A stretch of 64,000 nt of DNA, from positions 27,646 through 91,645 of the forward strand of contig CAVUHW010000045.1 in assembly GCA_963741205.1 (NCBI GenBank), written 5' to 3'. Shown here in pieces: positions 21,459-31,991 of the stretch. The position numbers were made by a program, and so were the translations under genes. The stretch is from Nitrospirota bacterium (GTDB lineage Bacteria; Nitrospirota; UBA9217). Numbering within the stretch: the stretch's first letter is position 1; each line of letters begins with the position of its first letter. A model generated the notes under the pieces. It saw nothing but the letters and a program-made list of their open reading frames with translations. It was not told where the DNA came from and searched no databases.

Positions 21459-22324
21459 TTACTCCCTCTGCCTCGGGTCGAGGGCGTCGCGGATGCCTTC
21501 GCCGAGGAGATTATAGCCCAGGACGGTAATGAGGATGGCGAGGCCGGGGAAGGCCGACAGCCACCAGGCGATCTCGATGTTGTCCTTGCCCGAGGAGAGC
21601 AGACTGCCCCAGGAGGGCGTCGGGGGCTGGACGCCGAGACCGAGGAAGCTCAGGGCCGACTCGATGAGAATGGCGCCGCCGATGCCCATGGTTGCCGAGA
21701 CGAGGATGGGGGAGAGGCCGTTCGGCAGGACGTGCTTCATGATGATGCGTTTGTCGGTTGCGCCGATGGCGCGGGCTGCTATCACGAATTCCCGTTCTTT
21801 GAGCGAGATGAACTCGGCGCGGATGAGCCGTGCCGGCTCCATCCAGCTGGTGAGGCCGATGACGACCATGATATTGATGATGCTCGGCTCGAGGATGGCG
21901 ATTACGGCGAGAACCAGAAATATCGTCGGGATGCTCAGCATGATGTCCACCGCCCGCATGATGATGCTGTCGATCCAGCCGCCGTAGTAAGCCCGCGATC
22001 GGCGCCGAGGATGATGCCGATGATCGTCGCGATGCCGACGGCCACGAAACCGACCTCTAAGGAGATTCTCCCGCCCCAGAGCATGCGTGAGAGCACGTCC
22101 CTGCCGAGGTCGTCCGTTCCCAGGAGATGGGCGCAGCTCGGACCGACGAGAATGTTCTTGATGTCAATTTGAGAGGGGTCATAGCGCGCGATCCGGGGCG
22201 CAAAGATGGATAAAACGAAGACGAGCAGCACCAGGATCCCGCCGATGACCGCGAGCTTGTTCTTCATGAGATAGTGAAGGGTCCGTGCCGCGAAGGATTC
22301 GGGTTTGTTCATATCTATCTTCAT
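21459..22324 (-). CDS. Peptide/nickel ABC transporter permease (DppC/OppC-like), frameshifted
   Basis: HLLGTDDLGRD, ARLIRAE, ESALSFLGLG...PSWG, NLLGEGIRDALDP. Confidence 0.93.
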
Positions 22325-22329
22325 GCCTT

Positions 22330-23313
22330 TTAGATCGATTTCAGTCTCACCCGCGGGTCCGTGAACGCATAGGCGATATCGGCAAGGAAGTTGCCGAGCA
22401 TCGTGAGAAATGCAGCCGGGACGAGGACACCCATCGCTACATTGTAGTCTCTCGACAGCACGGCCTGAAACATGAGCAGACCCATGCCGGGGATGCTGAA
22501 GACGGTCTCCATGATTGCGCTGCCTCCGATAATTCCGGGCAGGGAGAGTCCGAGGATGGTGATGATGGGCATGAGCGCGTTGCGGAGCGCATGCTTAAAA
22601 ATCACCGTTTTTTCGGGGAGGCCTTTCGCCCGGGCAGTGCGGATATAATCCTGGCGCATGACTTCAAGCATGCTGTTTCGCATAAAGCGGGAGTAGAAGG
22701 CCAGTCCTCCGAAGGCGGAGATGGAGACGGGCAGGATAAGGTGCCGGGCCCGGTCCGTGATCCAGCCCCAGCTCCACGCGGTGAGACCGCCGATATCCAG
22801 ACTCTGGATGCCCGATATCGGCAGTATTCCCCATTGAACGCCGAAAAGATAGATGAGCAGCAGCGCGAGCCAGAACGACGGCGTGGAATAGCCGATGAAG
22901 ACGAAGATCGTCGTGAAGCGGTCGAGCAGCGAGTATTGCCGCGTCGCCGACATGATGCCGATGGGTATGGCAATCAGCAGAACCAGCCCCAGCGAGAGGA
23001 GGTTAATGGTCAGCGTGATCGGGAGGCGTTCGAGGATCTTGTCCTTGACCTTGCGGCCGTCGGCGAAGGCTTCGCCGAAATCGAGGGTCATGAACTTCTT
23101 GAGCCACGTGGCGTACTGTTTGTAAAACGGCTGATCTGCGCCGTAAAGCTTTCGGAGCCGCTCCCGCGCCTCGGCGGACGCCTTTGCGGAGAATTCCATC
23201 TGCGCTTCCGCCGGCCCGCCCGGAGCAAGACGCATCACGCCGAAGCTCAGCACGGTGATGCCGAGAAGGATGGGGACCATCAGGAGCATTCGTTTTATGA
23301 TATAGACCAGCAT
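22330..23313 (-). CDS. Peptide/nickel ABC transporter permease (DppB/OppB-like)
   Basis: MLVYIIKR start, DYIRTARAKGL, HALRNA, ETVFSIPGMG, DPRVR. Confidence 0.93.
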   Translation of the reverse strand: MLVYIIKRMLLMVPILLGITVLSFGVMRLAPGGPAEAQMEFSAKASAEARERLRKLYGADQPFYKQYATWLKKFMTLDFGEAFADGRKVKDKILERLPITLTINLLSLGLVLLIAIPIGIMSATRQYSLLDRFTTIFVFIGYSTPSFWLALLLIYLFGVQWGILPISGIQSLDIGGLTAWSWGWITDRARHLILPVSISAFGGLAFYSRFMRNSMLEVMRQDYIRTARAKGLPEKTVIFKHALRNALMPIITILGLSLPGIIGGSAIMETVFSIPGMGLLMFQAVLSRDYNVAMGVLVPAAFLTMLGNFLADIAYAFTDPRVRLKSI

Positions 23314-23324
23314 TGGCTGATGAT

Positions 23325-23580
23325 TTATCCGGTGACCTTGTACACGAGGTCGAAGGGCTTTGCGCGGCTGGGAGAGTTTGATGCCGGTGAACTGACCGCG
23401 GGCGGCTTTCTGGACCGGCTTGTGGTCGAACTCCAGGTCTTCGATCTTCTGGGTGAAGTCCGTCGCGGCCCCCTTGATGCGAACGATGTCTCCGACCGCG
23501 AGGTCGCCGAAATCAAGCTTGACCGCGGCGACGGAGGTTTTGTCGAAAAACTTGATTACTGAGCCGATCCGTTCTTCCAT
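23325..23580 (-). CDS. Small beta-barrel protein (EF-Tu domain II / U32 C-terminal-like), frameshifted
   Basis: IGSVIKFFDKTSVAAVKL..GDLAVGD.VRIKG.ATDFTQ...GIK...DLVYKV. Confidence 0.75.
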
Positions 23581-23684
23581 GGCAGTAATGATAGTCTAAA
23601 ATGTCCGCTAATTCAAGGGAAAAGCTGACGCTGATTTTAACGGAGAAAAACGATAAAATCGCTTATGGCACGGCTACATAGCGC

Positions 23685-23713
23685 TTGACATCGAGAAGGA
23701 GTGTGAGTATTAT
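23685..23713 (+). promoter_or_regulatory. Sigma70 promoter for tRNA cluster
   Basis: TTGACA-17 bp-TATTAT. Confidence 0.8.
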
Positions 23714-23751
23714 ATGGCCTACGAGTCAGGGGTAATATGAGCGGCATACCT

Positions 23752-23828
<77 letters not shown>

Positions 23829-23839
23829 GTTTAATCACA

Positions 23840-23919
23840 TTGCGGAATGCGGATTGCGGAATGCTGATTGAAAAAACATGAGCCTTTAATCCGAAATCGG
23901 CAATCCGAAATCCGAAATA
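23840..23919. repeat. Inverted 7-mer arrays (TTGCGGA / TCCGAAA) between tRNAs
   Basis: TTGCGGAATGCGGATTGCGGAATGCTGATT versus AATCCGAAATCGGCAATCCGAAATCCGAAAT. Confidence 0.75.
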
Positions 23920-23923
23920 GAAT

Positions 23924-24000
23924 GCGCCTGTAGCTCAGTTGGATAGAGCAACAGCCTTCTAAGCTGTGGGCCATGGGTTCGAATCCCGTCAGGCGCACCA
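23924..24000 (+). tRNA. tRNA-Arg(TCT)
   Basis: ACAGC-CTTCTAA-GCTGT anticodon arm, GTTCGAAT, CCA end. Confidence 0.96.
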
Positions 24001-24038
24001 TTCATTAAGATTGTAGACTGCGGATTGCGGATTGCTGG

Positions 24039-24067
24039 TTGACAAATTGTCGTAGACGCTATAGAAT
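24039..24067 (+). promoter_or_regulatory. Sigma70 promoter for tRNA-His
   Basis: TTGACA-17 bp-TAGAAT. Confidence 0.8.
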
Positions 24068-24100
24068 AATCTTCGTTTTTGAAATCCGGCATAATATCAC

Positions 24101-24177
24101 GGTGGGCGTAGCTCAGTTGGTAGAGCTCCAGGTTGTGGCCCTGGTGGCCGCGGGTTCAAGCCCCGTCGCTCACCCCA
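24101..24177 (+). tRNA. tRNA-His(GTG)
   Basis: G-1, CCAGG-TTGTGGC-CCTGG anticodon arm, CCCA end. Confidence 0.96.
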
Positions 24178-24187
24178 ATTTCCTTTA

Positions 24188-24218
24188 GAGACGGCCGATC
24201 TGGCCGTCTCAGTTTTTC
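24188..24218 (+). terminator. Hairpin/terminator after tRNA-His
   Basis: GAGACGGCC-GATCT-GGCCGTCTC then AGTTTTT. Confidence 0.6.
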
Positions 24219-24232
24219 TAGAGACAGTTACT

Positions 24233-24309
<77 letters not shown>

Positions 24310-24407
24310 TGATCCGCAGTGCGAAATGCGGAAGGCGGAGTGACGCAACTCGTCAATCGTGAGAAGAGTGAATCGGCAATCGTCCATCATCCATCGAAGT
24401 CGAGAAT

Positions 24408-24484
24408 GCGCCCGTAGCTCAGCTGGATAGAGCGTTGGCCTCCGAAGCCAAAGGTCGTGGGTCCGAATCCCGCCGGGCGCACCA
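24408..24484 (+). tRNA. tRNA-Arg(CCG)
   Basis: TTGGC-CTCCGAA-GCCAA anticodon arm, T-loop reads GTCCGAAT, CCA end. Confidence 0.92.
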
Positions 24485-24542
24485 ATTATTAGCACTATAT
24501 CAAGAACAGGGCAAACCAGTTTTTTAGTTCTCACATGATTGT

Positions 24543-25025
24543 CTATTCAACGCGGAACTTCACGGATGCGAGTGAGCAGGCGCTCGATTCGTAGGTCTGC
24601 CCGCCGCTTTCCCCGCAGGCATGGACGTAGGTTACCCTGATCCTGTCGGCCAGGGCCGCATCCCCAAAAACTTTGATCTTGAACATTTCGGGGCCGCCTT
24701 TAAAACCTCCGGGAGAAAGAGAGACGAGACACAACTCCTGACCGTGCAGCGATCCGGCAATAAGCGTTCCCTCACCGCTGAGCTTTACTTCCCCGTCACT
24801 CGAAGTCTCCGTAGTCATGCCGTCTGGTAGTTGAAGGATTATCTTTATCGCTTCAACAAGGGGTCCTTCATTCAGCCCCATGACAGAAACAGTCATGACG
24901 TGAGATTCCGTCGATTTCATGACCTGTCCTGGCGTAGCAGATGATGCAGTGCTATGGTCCCGCAATCCTCCGCACCCCGCCAAAATCACCGCAACCGATG
25001 CCAAAAGAACGACCTTCCGTTTCAT
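24543..25025 (-). CDS. Hypothetical lipoprotein (possibly cohesin-like beta-sandwich)
   Basis: MKRK + hydrophobic stretch + LAGC lipobox, GGAGG RBS. Confidence 0.7.
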   Translation of the reverse strand: MKRKVVLLASVAVILAGCGGLRDHSTASSATPGQVMKSTESHVMTVSVMGLNEGPLVEAIKIILQLPDGMTTETSSDGEVKLSGEGTLIAGSLHGQELCLVSLSPGGFKGGPEMFKIKVFGDAALADRIRVTYVHACGESGGQTYESSACSLASVKFRVE

Positions 25026-25237
25026 ATCCCAACCCTCCTGGATTAGTATAATAGATTTTCCCGAATTTCGCTATACCGCAATCGGGTATTTCTAGTGGTA
25101 TATTGGCGATCAGAAATATCCTTGACCTCTGATCACGGTTTGTGCTACTATCCCGCCTGGTTTTGACATAATTCGACCGAATTCAATAATGGCCGGCTAA
25201 AAAAAACAATTAGTTATCGACGGGAGCCGCAACTGAA

Positions 25238-25266
25238 GACAAAGGTCGCGTCCGAATCCCGCTGGG
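25238..25266 (+). repeat. Degenerate direct repeat of tRNA-Arg(CCG) 3' half (att-like)
   Basis: CAAAGGTCGC--GTCCGAATCCCGCTGGG versus CAAAGGTCGTGGGTCCGAATCCCGCCGGG at 24449-24477. Confidence 0.7.
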
Positions 25267-25384
25267 ATCCGCAGAGGGAGAGAACCGAGGGACGACGGAC
25301 TAGCGCTGTAGTTGAATCCTTTCTCGTTCCGTGAGCGATGTGGACGGTCATCCTGCATTCGTCATGGTTTTATTCAGATTTATG

Positions 25385-25413
25385 TTGCATACCTCCTCAG
25401 AGATAAGTATAAT
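25385..25413 (+). promoter_or_regulatory. Sigma70 promoter for tRNA-Lys/tRNA-Leu/tig
   Basis: TTGCAT-17 bp-TATAAT. Confidence 0.7.
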
Positions 25414-25454
25414 GTAGCCGTTTTGCATCTGGTACTCTCACAATTAATTACGAT

Positions 25455-25530
<76 letters not shown>

Positions 25531-25625
25531 GAACAACAACAGGGGAGCAGTGGGTTATGGGCAGGAATCCATGAGAGTGGGTGCTGCACAAGGCTCACTG
25601 CTTTCTTATTATCTAATGGCGTGAA

Positions 25626-25708
25626 GCGAGAGTGGCGGAACTGGCAGACGCGCCAGACTTAGGATCTGGTGGGTGACCGTGGGGGTTCAAGTCCCCCCTC
25701 TCGCACCA
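25626..25708 (+). tRNA. tRNA-Leu(TAG)
   Basis: CCAGA-CTTAGGA-TCTGG anticodon arm, variable arm, CCA end, upstream of tig. Confidence 0.95.
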
Positions 25709-25730
25709 TTTACACGCGCAAATTCAAACG

Positions 25731-25784
25731 CATCCCCACCCCTGCCCCTCCCCTTCAAGGGGAGGGGAAAAGGGAGGGGATGGG
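25731..25784. repeat. REP-like palindrome (same family as 8088-8169)
   Basis: CATCCCCACCCTGCCCCTCCCCTTCAAGGGGAGGGG...GGGGATGGG. Confidence 0.75.
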
Positions 25785-25850
25785 TTTTGGCGGAATTGAA
25801 CCTCACGTACTTATTCACTCACTTTAAATCCTCTTTAAAGGTGGTATGAA

Positions 25851-27131
25851 ATGAAAGCGGTTGTTGAAGACATCAGTACGGTTAAGAAGAAACTCAATAT
25901 CGAGGTTGCGCCCGATGCCGTGACCAGGGAGATGGAAAAGGCCATTGCCGATACGGCAAAAAAGGCCAAGATTCCGGGGTTCCGTCCGGGCAAGGCCCCG
26001 AAAGCCATCGTCGAAAGACATTACGGCGACGAAGTCCGGAATGAAGTTTTGCACCGGCTGCTGACCGATTCCTATCTTCAGGCGCTGCAGGAAAACAACC
26101 TCAATCCCGTCGACGTGCCCCAGATCGACAACGTCTCGCCGCTGGCGAAGGGGTCGCCGCTGACTTTTACGGCGACCGTGGAAGTGCGGCCGAACATCGA
26201 GCTGGGGACCTACGACGGCATCGAAGTGAAGGAAGAAAGCCTGTCGGTCAGCGACGAAGAGGTGAACCAGACAATCGACCGGCTGCGGGACATGTACGCG
26301 CAGCTCGAGGTGGTCGAGGGCCGGCCGCTCGAGAAAAACGACACCGCAATCATCGACTTCGAGGGATTCCGGGAAGGGAAACCCATTGAAGGCGCCAAGT
26401 CGGCCGATTACGTGCTTTCACTCGGTTCGGGCAGCCTGATCCCCGGCTTCGAAGAGCAACTCGTGGGAATGAACCGCGGCGAGAACCGAAAGATCAAGGT
26501 CACGTTCCCGTCGGACTACAACAACAAGGAGCTTGCCGGCAAGGAAGCCGCGTTCACCGTCACGTTGAAAGAGATCAAGAAAAAGGTGCTCCCCGAGATG
26601 AACGACGAGTTCGCCAAGGACATCGGCAACAATGCGACCGTCGCGGAATTGCAGGAAGGGATCAAAAAGGACATCGAGGCGCGAAAACGCGACGAGCTGG
26701 CGTCGGCCCAGCGCGAGGCGGTCCTGGCGAAGCTGGTTGACGCCCATGTCTTCGACGTCCCGCCGGGCATGGTGGAGCGCGAACTTCAGTCCATGGCCAA
26801 GTCGCAGGCCACCCGCATGGCGCGCCGCGGGCAGGATGTGAACTCCTTCGATTACTCCAAATTCCGGGATGAGAACAGGGCGCTGGCGGAAAAACGCGTC
26901 AAGGGCATCCTGCTGCTGGATGAGATCGCCGAAAAAGAGAAGATCGAGGTGACCGACCAGGAGGTCAATTCCGCGGTTGCGGCCATGGCGCGGAGCGCCG
27001 GCCAGACCGTGGAGTCGGTCAAAAAATATTACGAATCGACAGAAGGCGGCCTCGACAATCTACGCTCGTCCCTGATGCGGGAAAAGACCCTCAGTCTCTT
27101 GCTTTCCCGGGCAAAGAAGAGCTATAATTGA
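25851..27131 (+). CDS. tig: Trigger factor
   Basis: [10 protein letters not shown] signature, FKBP domain [10 protein letters not shown], upstream of clpP. Confidence 0.98.
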   Translation: MKAVVEDISTVKKKLNIEVAPDAVTREMEKAIADTAKKAKIPGFRPGKAPKAIVERHYGDEVRNEVLHRLLTDSYLQALQENNLNPVDVPQIDNVSPLAKGSPLTFTATVEVRPNIELGTYDGIEVKEESLSVSDEEVNQTIDRLRDMYAQLEVVEGRPLEKNDTAIIDFEGFREGKPIEGAKSADYVLSLGSGSLIPGFEEQLVGMNRGENRKIKVTFPSDYNNKELAGKEAAFTVTLKEIKKKVLPEMNDEFAKDIGNNATVAELQEGIKKDIEARKRDELASAQREAVLAKLVDAHVFDVPPGMVERELQSMAKSQATRMARRGQDVNSFDYSKFRDENRALAEKRVKGILLLDEIAEKEKIEVTDQEVNSAVAAMARSAGQTVESVKKYYESTEGGLDNLRSSLMREKTLSLLLSRAKKSYN

Positions 27132-27150
27132 ATCAAAGAAAGGACAGAAA

Positions 27151-27765
27151 ATGTCGCTTATCCCCATCGTTGTTGAACAGACGAGCCGCGGAGAACGTGC
27201 ATACGATATTTATTCCCGGCTCCTGAAGGACAGGATCATATTTCTCGGCACGGCGATCGATGATAACGTGGCGAATACGGTGATCGCGCAGCTCCTCTTT
27301 CTTGAAGCCGATGACCCGGACAAGGACATCTACATCTATATCAACTCGCCGGGCGGCGTCGTGACCTCGGGGCTTGCGATTTACGACACCATGAATTACA
27401 TCAAATCGCCGGTATCGACGATCTGCATCGGTCAGGCCGCGAGCATGGGCGCGCTGCTTCTGGCATCGGGCACCAAGGGCAAGCGGTTCTCCCTGCCGCA
27501 CGCCCGCATCATGATCCACCAGCCCATGGGCGGTTTCCAGGGACAGGCCACGGACATCGAGATCCATGCCAAGGAAATGCTGAAAATGAAGGATACCCTG
27601 AACAAGATCCTGTCGAACCACACAGGCCAGCCGATCGAGAAGATCCAGACCGACACGGACCGCGACTTTTTCATGTCCGGCGAGGACGCGAAGGCATATG
27701 GGCTCGTCGACGAGGTCATCGCGAAGAAAGCAGCTGCGCGTAATGAAGGAGAAGTAAGAGCATGA
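27151..27765 (+). CDS. clpP: ATP-dependent Clp protease proteolytic subunit
   Basis: [31 protein letters not shown]. Confidence 0.99.
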   Translation: MSLIPIVVEQTSRGERAYDIYSRLLKDRIIFLGTAIDDNVANTVIAQLLFLEADDPDKDIYIYINSPGGVVTSGLAIYDTMNYIKSPVSTICIGQAASMGALLLASGTKGKRFSLPHARIMIHQPMGGFQGQATDIEIHAKEMLKMKDTLNKILSNHTGQPIEKIQTDTDRDFFMSGEDAKAYGLVDEVIAKKAAARNEGEVRA

Positions 27766-29004
27766 CGGAAAAGAAAGAACATACGACGCCCCTTAAATGC
27801 TCGTTTTGCGGCAAAGGGCAGGATGAAGTCAAGAAACTGATTGCGGGACCATCTGTTTTCATCTGTAACGAGTGCGTCGACCTTTGCAACGAAATCATCG
27901 CCGAGGAATGGGAAGAGGCCAAGGAGGCCAAGATCCCGCGCCTGCCGAAGCCCGCGGAGATCAAGCGAACGCTCGATGAATACGTGATCGGCCAGGAACG
28001 GGCCAAGAAGATCCTGTCCGTGGCCGTCCACAATCACTACAAGCGCATCGGGATCCAGCAGGAGATCGGCGACGAGGTGGAGCTTCAGAAGAGCAACATC
28101 CTCCTGATCGGACCGACGGGCGTGGGAAAGACGCTTCTTGCGCAGACGCTCGCCCGGATCCTCGATGTACCGTTCACCATCGCGGACGCCACGACGCTCA
28201 CGGAGGCGGGCTACGTCGGCGAGGACGTGGAGAACATCATCCTGAAGCTTCTCCAGAACGCCAATTACGACGTGGAACGCGCCCAGCGCGGAATCGTGTA
28301 CATCGACGAGATCGACAAGATCAGCCGCAAATCCGAGAGCCCCTCGATCACCCGCGACGTCTCGGGCGAGGGAGTGCAGCAGGCGCTCCTGAAGCTCATC
28401 GAGGGGACCGTCGCGAGCGTACCCCCGCAAGGAGGCCGCAAGCATCCCCACCAGGAATTCATCCAGGTGGACACGAAGAACATCCTGTTCGTCTGCGGCG
28501 GCGCCTTCGTGGGCATCGATGCCATCATCGAGCAGCGCGTGGGCAAGAAAACCATGGGGTTCGGCGCCGACATCCAGAGCAAGCACGAGCGGAAGCTCAG
28601 CGAGATCCTTGCCAACCTTCAGCCGGGCGACCTGCTCAAGTACGGGCTCATTCCCGAATTCATCGGCCGCATGCCGGTAGTGGCGACGCTGGAAGAGCTC
28701 GATGAAAGCGCGCTCATCGATATCCTGACGAGGCCGAAGAACGCCCTCATCAAGCAGTACCAGAAACTCCTGGCGCTCGAAGGATGCAAGCTGCGCTTTA
28801 CCGATGATGCGCTCACGGCGGTTTCCAAGAAAGGCGATCGGCCGGAAGACCGGCGCGCGCGGACTCCGCGCCATCCTGGAAGACGTGATGTTGAACGTGA
28901 TGTACGACGTCCCGTCGCAGCCCGGCATCAGGGAGTGCGTCATAAACGAGGAGGTCATCAGCGAGGGCGCGGAACCGCTGCTCATCTACGAAAAGATCGC
29001 GTAA
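27762..29004 (+). CDS. clpX: ClpX ATPase (frameshift near 28830)
   Basis: CSFC...CNEC zinc finger, [25 protein letters not shown] in the second frame. Confidence 0.98.
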
Positions 29005-29193
29005 CGGTCTAGTCGACAATTCGAGACGAGAGATTAAGGAAGAGAAATCGGCTAGTCTCTTTTTTTACCGATGATTTCCATAACTGTCATTGCCGAATGC
29101 CTTGTTGGAACAGTGTTTCATGGAAAGAAGAGAACCCGATCTCCGGAGAATCAACCGGATGGACTCTTCAATCCGCACAGAGCATCCGAGAAC

Positions 29194-29776
29194 ATGAAAA
29201 TACTTTCAGCCGAATATGTCATAAGCGCGCCGGGGCCGGAGCAGTTTCCCGTCGGACAACAGGCCGCAGATCGCCTTTGCGGGCCGTTCGAATGTGGGTA
29301 AATCGTCGATCATCAATGCGCTCCTTCACCGGAAGAGCCTGGTGAAGACGAGCCAGACTCCCGGCAAGACACAGCTCATCAATTTTTTCATCATTAACGA
29401 GTGCCTTTTATTTCGTCGACTTGCCCGGATATGGTTATGCCCGGGCGCCGCACGCCGTGACCGACGCCTGGGCGCCGATGATCGAGGGATACCTGAAGGA
29501 CTCCCCGTCTCTGTCCGCCGTGGTCGTGCTCCTGGACATCAGACGAACACCGGATGAGCGGGATATCCGGTTGCTGGAATGGCTACGTCAGTTGATATCC
29601 CGTCGATCTACGCGCTAACCAAGGCGGACAAGCTGAACCGGCAGGAGACCGAGAACGCAAAACGCACAATTCATGCCGGACTGAACATCTCCGGGCCGTT
29701 GCTGCTCACTTCCGCAAAGAGCGGGCTGGGGATGAAGGAGCTTTGGGCAGAGATCGACAAGAGGCTGAGGATGTGA
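29194..29776 (+). CDS. engB: Ribosome biogenesis GTPase EngB/YihA/YsxC, frameshifted
   Basis: [28 protein letters not shown]. Confidence 0.93.
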
Positions 29777-29902
29777 GAGGCGGAGAAACGGGGCGTCGGG
29801 AAATGGGGAAGGGATCGCGGCAAATGTCTCCGGACAGTCCTCGCCGATTCCACGATTCTCCGTCTCTGTTCAACTTCTGCGGTTTAGAAAAGGGGGGATG
29901 CC

Positions 29903-31433
29903 ATGGAATTGCTGAAAGACCTCACCGGTTCTTTGCTCTGGGCAACGCTGCTCAGCATCATCCTCTATGCGGCAAGCAGTATCGCCATCGGTTTTCTTGC
30001 CAGAAAATCCATCCTTCTGAAACCGGTCGGTTCCGGGCTGAAACTCATCGCGCTCTTTGCCGCAGTACAGGTTTTCCTTCGCCTCGGGGCCGCCGAATAT
30101 CACCCGGTGATTTCGAGGCAGCTCGACTTTTTCTCCTGGCTCGTGTTTACGTTCGCGGCACTCAAGCTGGGCCTCTACCTGTACGGCGATCTTTTCGTTG
30201 TCCGCTGGAAGAGCGGCAGTTTCCCCGCCGCTTTCAAGAACATCATCACGGCCTTTATCCTCGTCGTGGTCGCCCTCGATTCTGCTGAAGGAAATCCTCG
30301 ATATCAACGTCACATCGCTCATCGCCACCACGACCGTCCTCACCGCGACGATCGGCCTGGCGTTTCAGAGCACGCTGGCCAACATGCTGGCAGGACTGAC
30401 GATCCATCTTGAAAAACCGCTCAAGCAGGGCGACTGGATATCGGTCGCCGGTCATGAAGGCCTCGTCATGGACATCACGCTCCGCTCGACGCGGATCATG
30501 ACCATCGATCACAACGAGGTGTTCATCCCGAACAGCAAGGTCCTCTCCGAGGCCGTCGTCAATTACAGCCTCCCGGACACGCTCCAGACGAGGACGTTGT
30601 CGGTGGGGGTGAATTACAACGTTCCCCCAAACAAGGTCAAGAGGCGTCATCCTTGACGTCCTCGCGTCGGTATCGGGAGTAAGCAAGCAACCCGCGCCTG
30701 TCGTTCAGGTGGCGAACTACGGCGATTTTTCCATCCAGTATAAGATGCGGTTTACGATAAGCGATTTTTCCCGGCATGGCGATATCGACGCCGAGATCAT
30801 GAATCTCCTGTGGTATCGTCTCAAACGCAGCGGTATAGACATCCCCATGCCGGTAAGGGACGTCTACCTCCGGCAGATCACGGCGGAGAGCCTTCGGTCC
30901 GAGCGGGAACAGCGCACGGACGAAATACTGCTGCTCATGGAAAAAGTCGAAATCCTCGTCCCCCTGTCCCGAGGAGGAACTCCGCAAACTGGTCCAACAG
31001 GTTCGGGCCGAGACCTATTGCCGCACAGGAAATTCCCATAAAACAGGGGGACCCGGGAGACTCATTCTACATCATCAAGAGCGGCAGAGTGGACGTTGTT
31101 GTGGAAAAAACAACGGGAGAGACCGCAGTCGTCGCCACCCTGGGTCCCGGGAATTTTTTCGGTGAAATGAGCCTGCTTACCGGCGCGGTGCGCACTGCGA
31201 GCATCTCGGTAAAAGAGGACGCTGAGTTTATCGTCATCGACAAGGAAAGCTTCGCTGGGACGCTTGTCAACAACCCTTCCATCGCCGAGTCACTGAGCAA
31301 CATCCTCGCGGAGCGTCAGGCCGGCCTTGAGGCAGGACGCGAGCGTCTCGATGCGGCGGCCATCGAGCACCGCAAGAAGGACGCGTCAGGCCACATGCTT
31401 TCAAAGATCAGGGACTTTTTCGGGTTGAGTTAG
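29903..31433 (+). CDS. MscS-family channel with C-terminal cNMP-binding domain, frameshifted
   Basis: TM helices, IGLAFQSTLAN..AG, GDWI...LRST...IPN, QGDPGDSFYII...FFGEMSLLTG..RTA. Confidence 0.88.
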
Positions 31434-31463
31434 AAGGGATTCAGTAAGAAAGACTCTCAATTT

Positions 31464-31551
31464 GTCATTCCTGCGAAAGCAGGAATCCATTTTAATATCT
31501 AAAAGCCAATGGATTCCCCGGCAAGTCCGGGGTGCAAGCCCGGAATGACAG
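31464..31551. repeat. REP-like GTCATTCC compound palindrome
   Basis: GTCATTCCTGCGAAAGCAGGAATCCA...TGGATTCCCCGG..AAGTCCGGGG..GCAAGCCCGGAATGAC, closely similar to 42452-42531. Confidence 0.85.
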
Positions 31552-31687
31552 AGTATGCGTATGAGGTTTTACTAATGATGGTCTTAGTAAAAGGGCGTCA
31601 GCGCACCATCCTCATTGGTTCATTTTTTATGCCGAGGGACGGCGGCATTTTCTCTGGCGGAAATTGAGAAAATCACAACGTCGCGTC

Positions 31688-31716
31688 TTGACAGCAAGGG
31701 CAATCGTTGATAGAAT
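31688..31716 (+). promoter_or_regulatory. Sigma70 promoter about 275 nt upstream of the porin-cytochrome operon
   Basis: TTGACA-17 bp-TAGAAT with TG extension. Confidence 0.7.
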
Positions 31717-31991
31717 CTTTCATGTTGTTTTTCAGGAGTTTTGCCACGTGAATATCTACCCAGAGAAGTTGCTTGATGCTTCGATGATGGTCTCTTCACG
31801 ATAGGATGCAGCCTGACGCCGAACTGCCGTATCCGGTGAAGCAATGCGTTTCCGTAAATCATTACTCATAATCCCATGTACCGTTAGCCCGCCGGTGCGC
31901 AGGCTGCCGCAAACACCGCAAAGGGCGAATGATTTGCTTGCGAACGTTACCCTTAATGAATGGATCACAACGTAGAAAGGAGGGCAATATT

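Noticed and set aside
22330-23580. Beta-barrel domain fused to an ABC permease
   Set aside because: The small protein has its own C-terminus and stop at 23325 in another frame, and the permease starts at 23313.
31880-31940. c-di-GMP-I/cGAMP (GEMM) riboswitch
   Set aside because: GCAAA elements are present but the P2/P3 architecture and conserved flanks do not match. Retained only as an unclassified leader.
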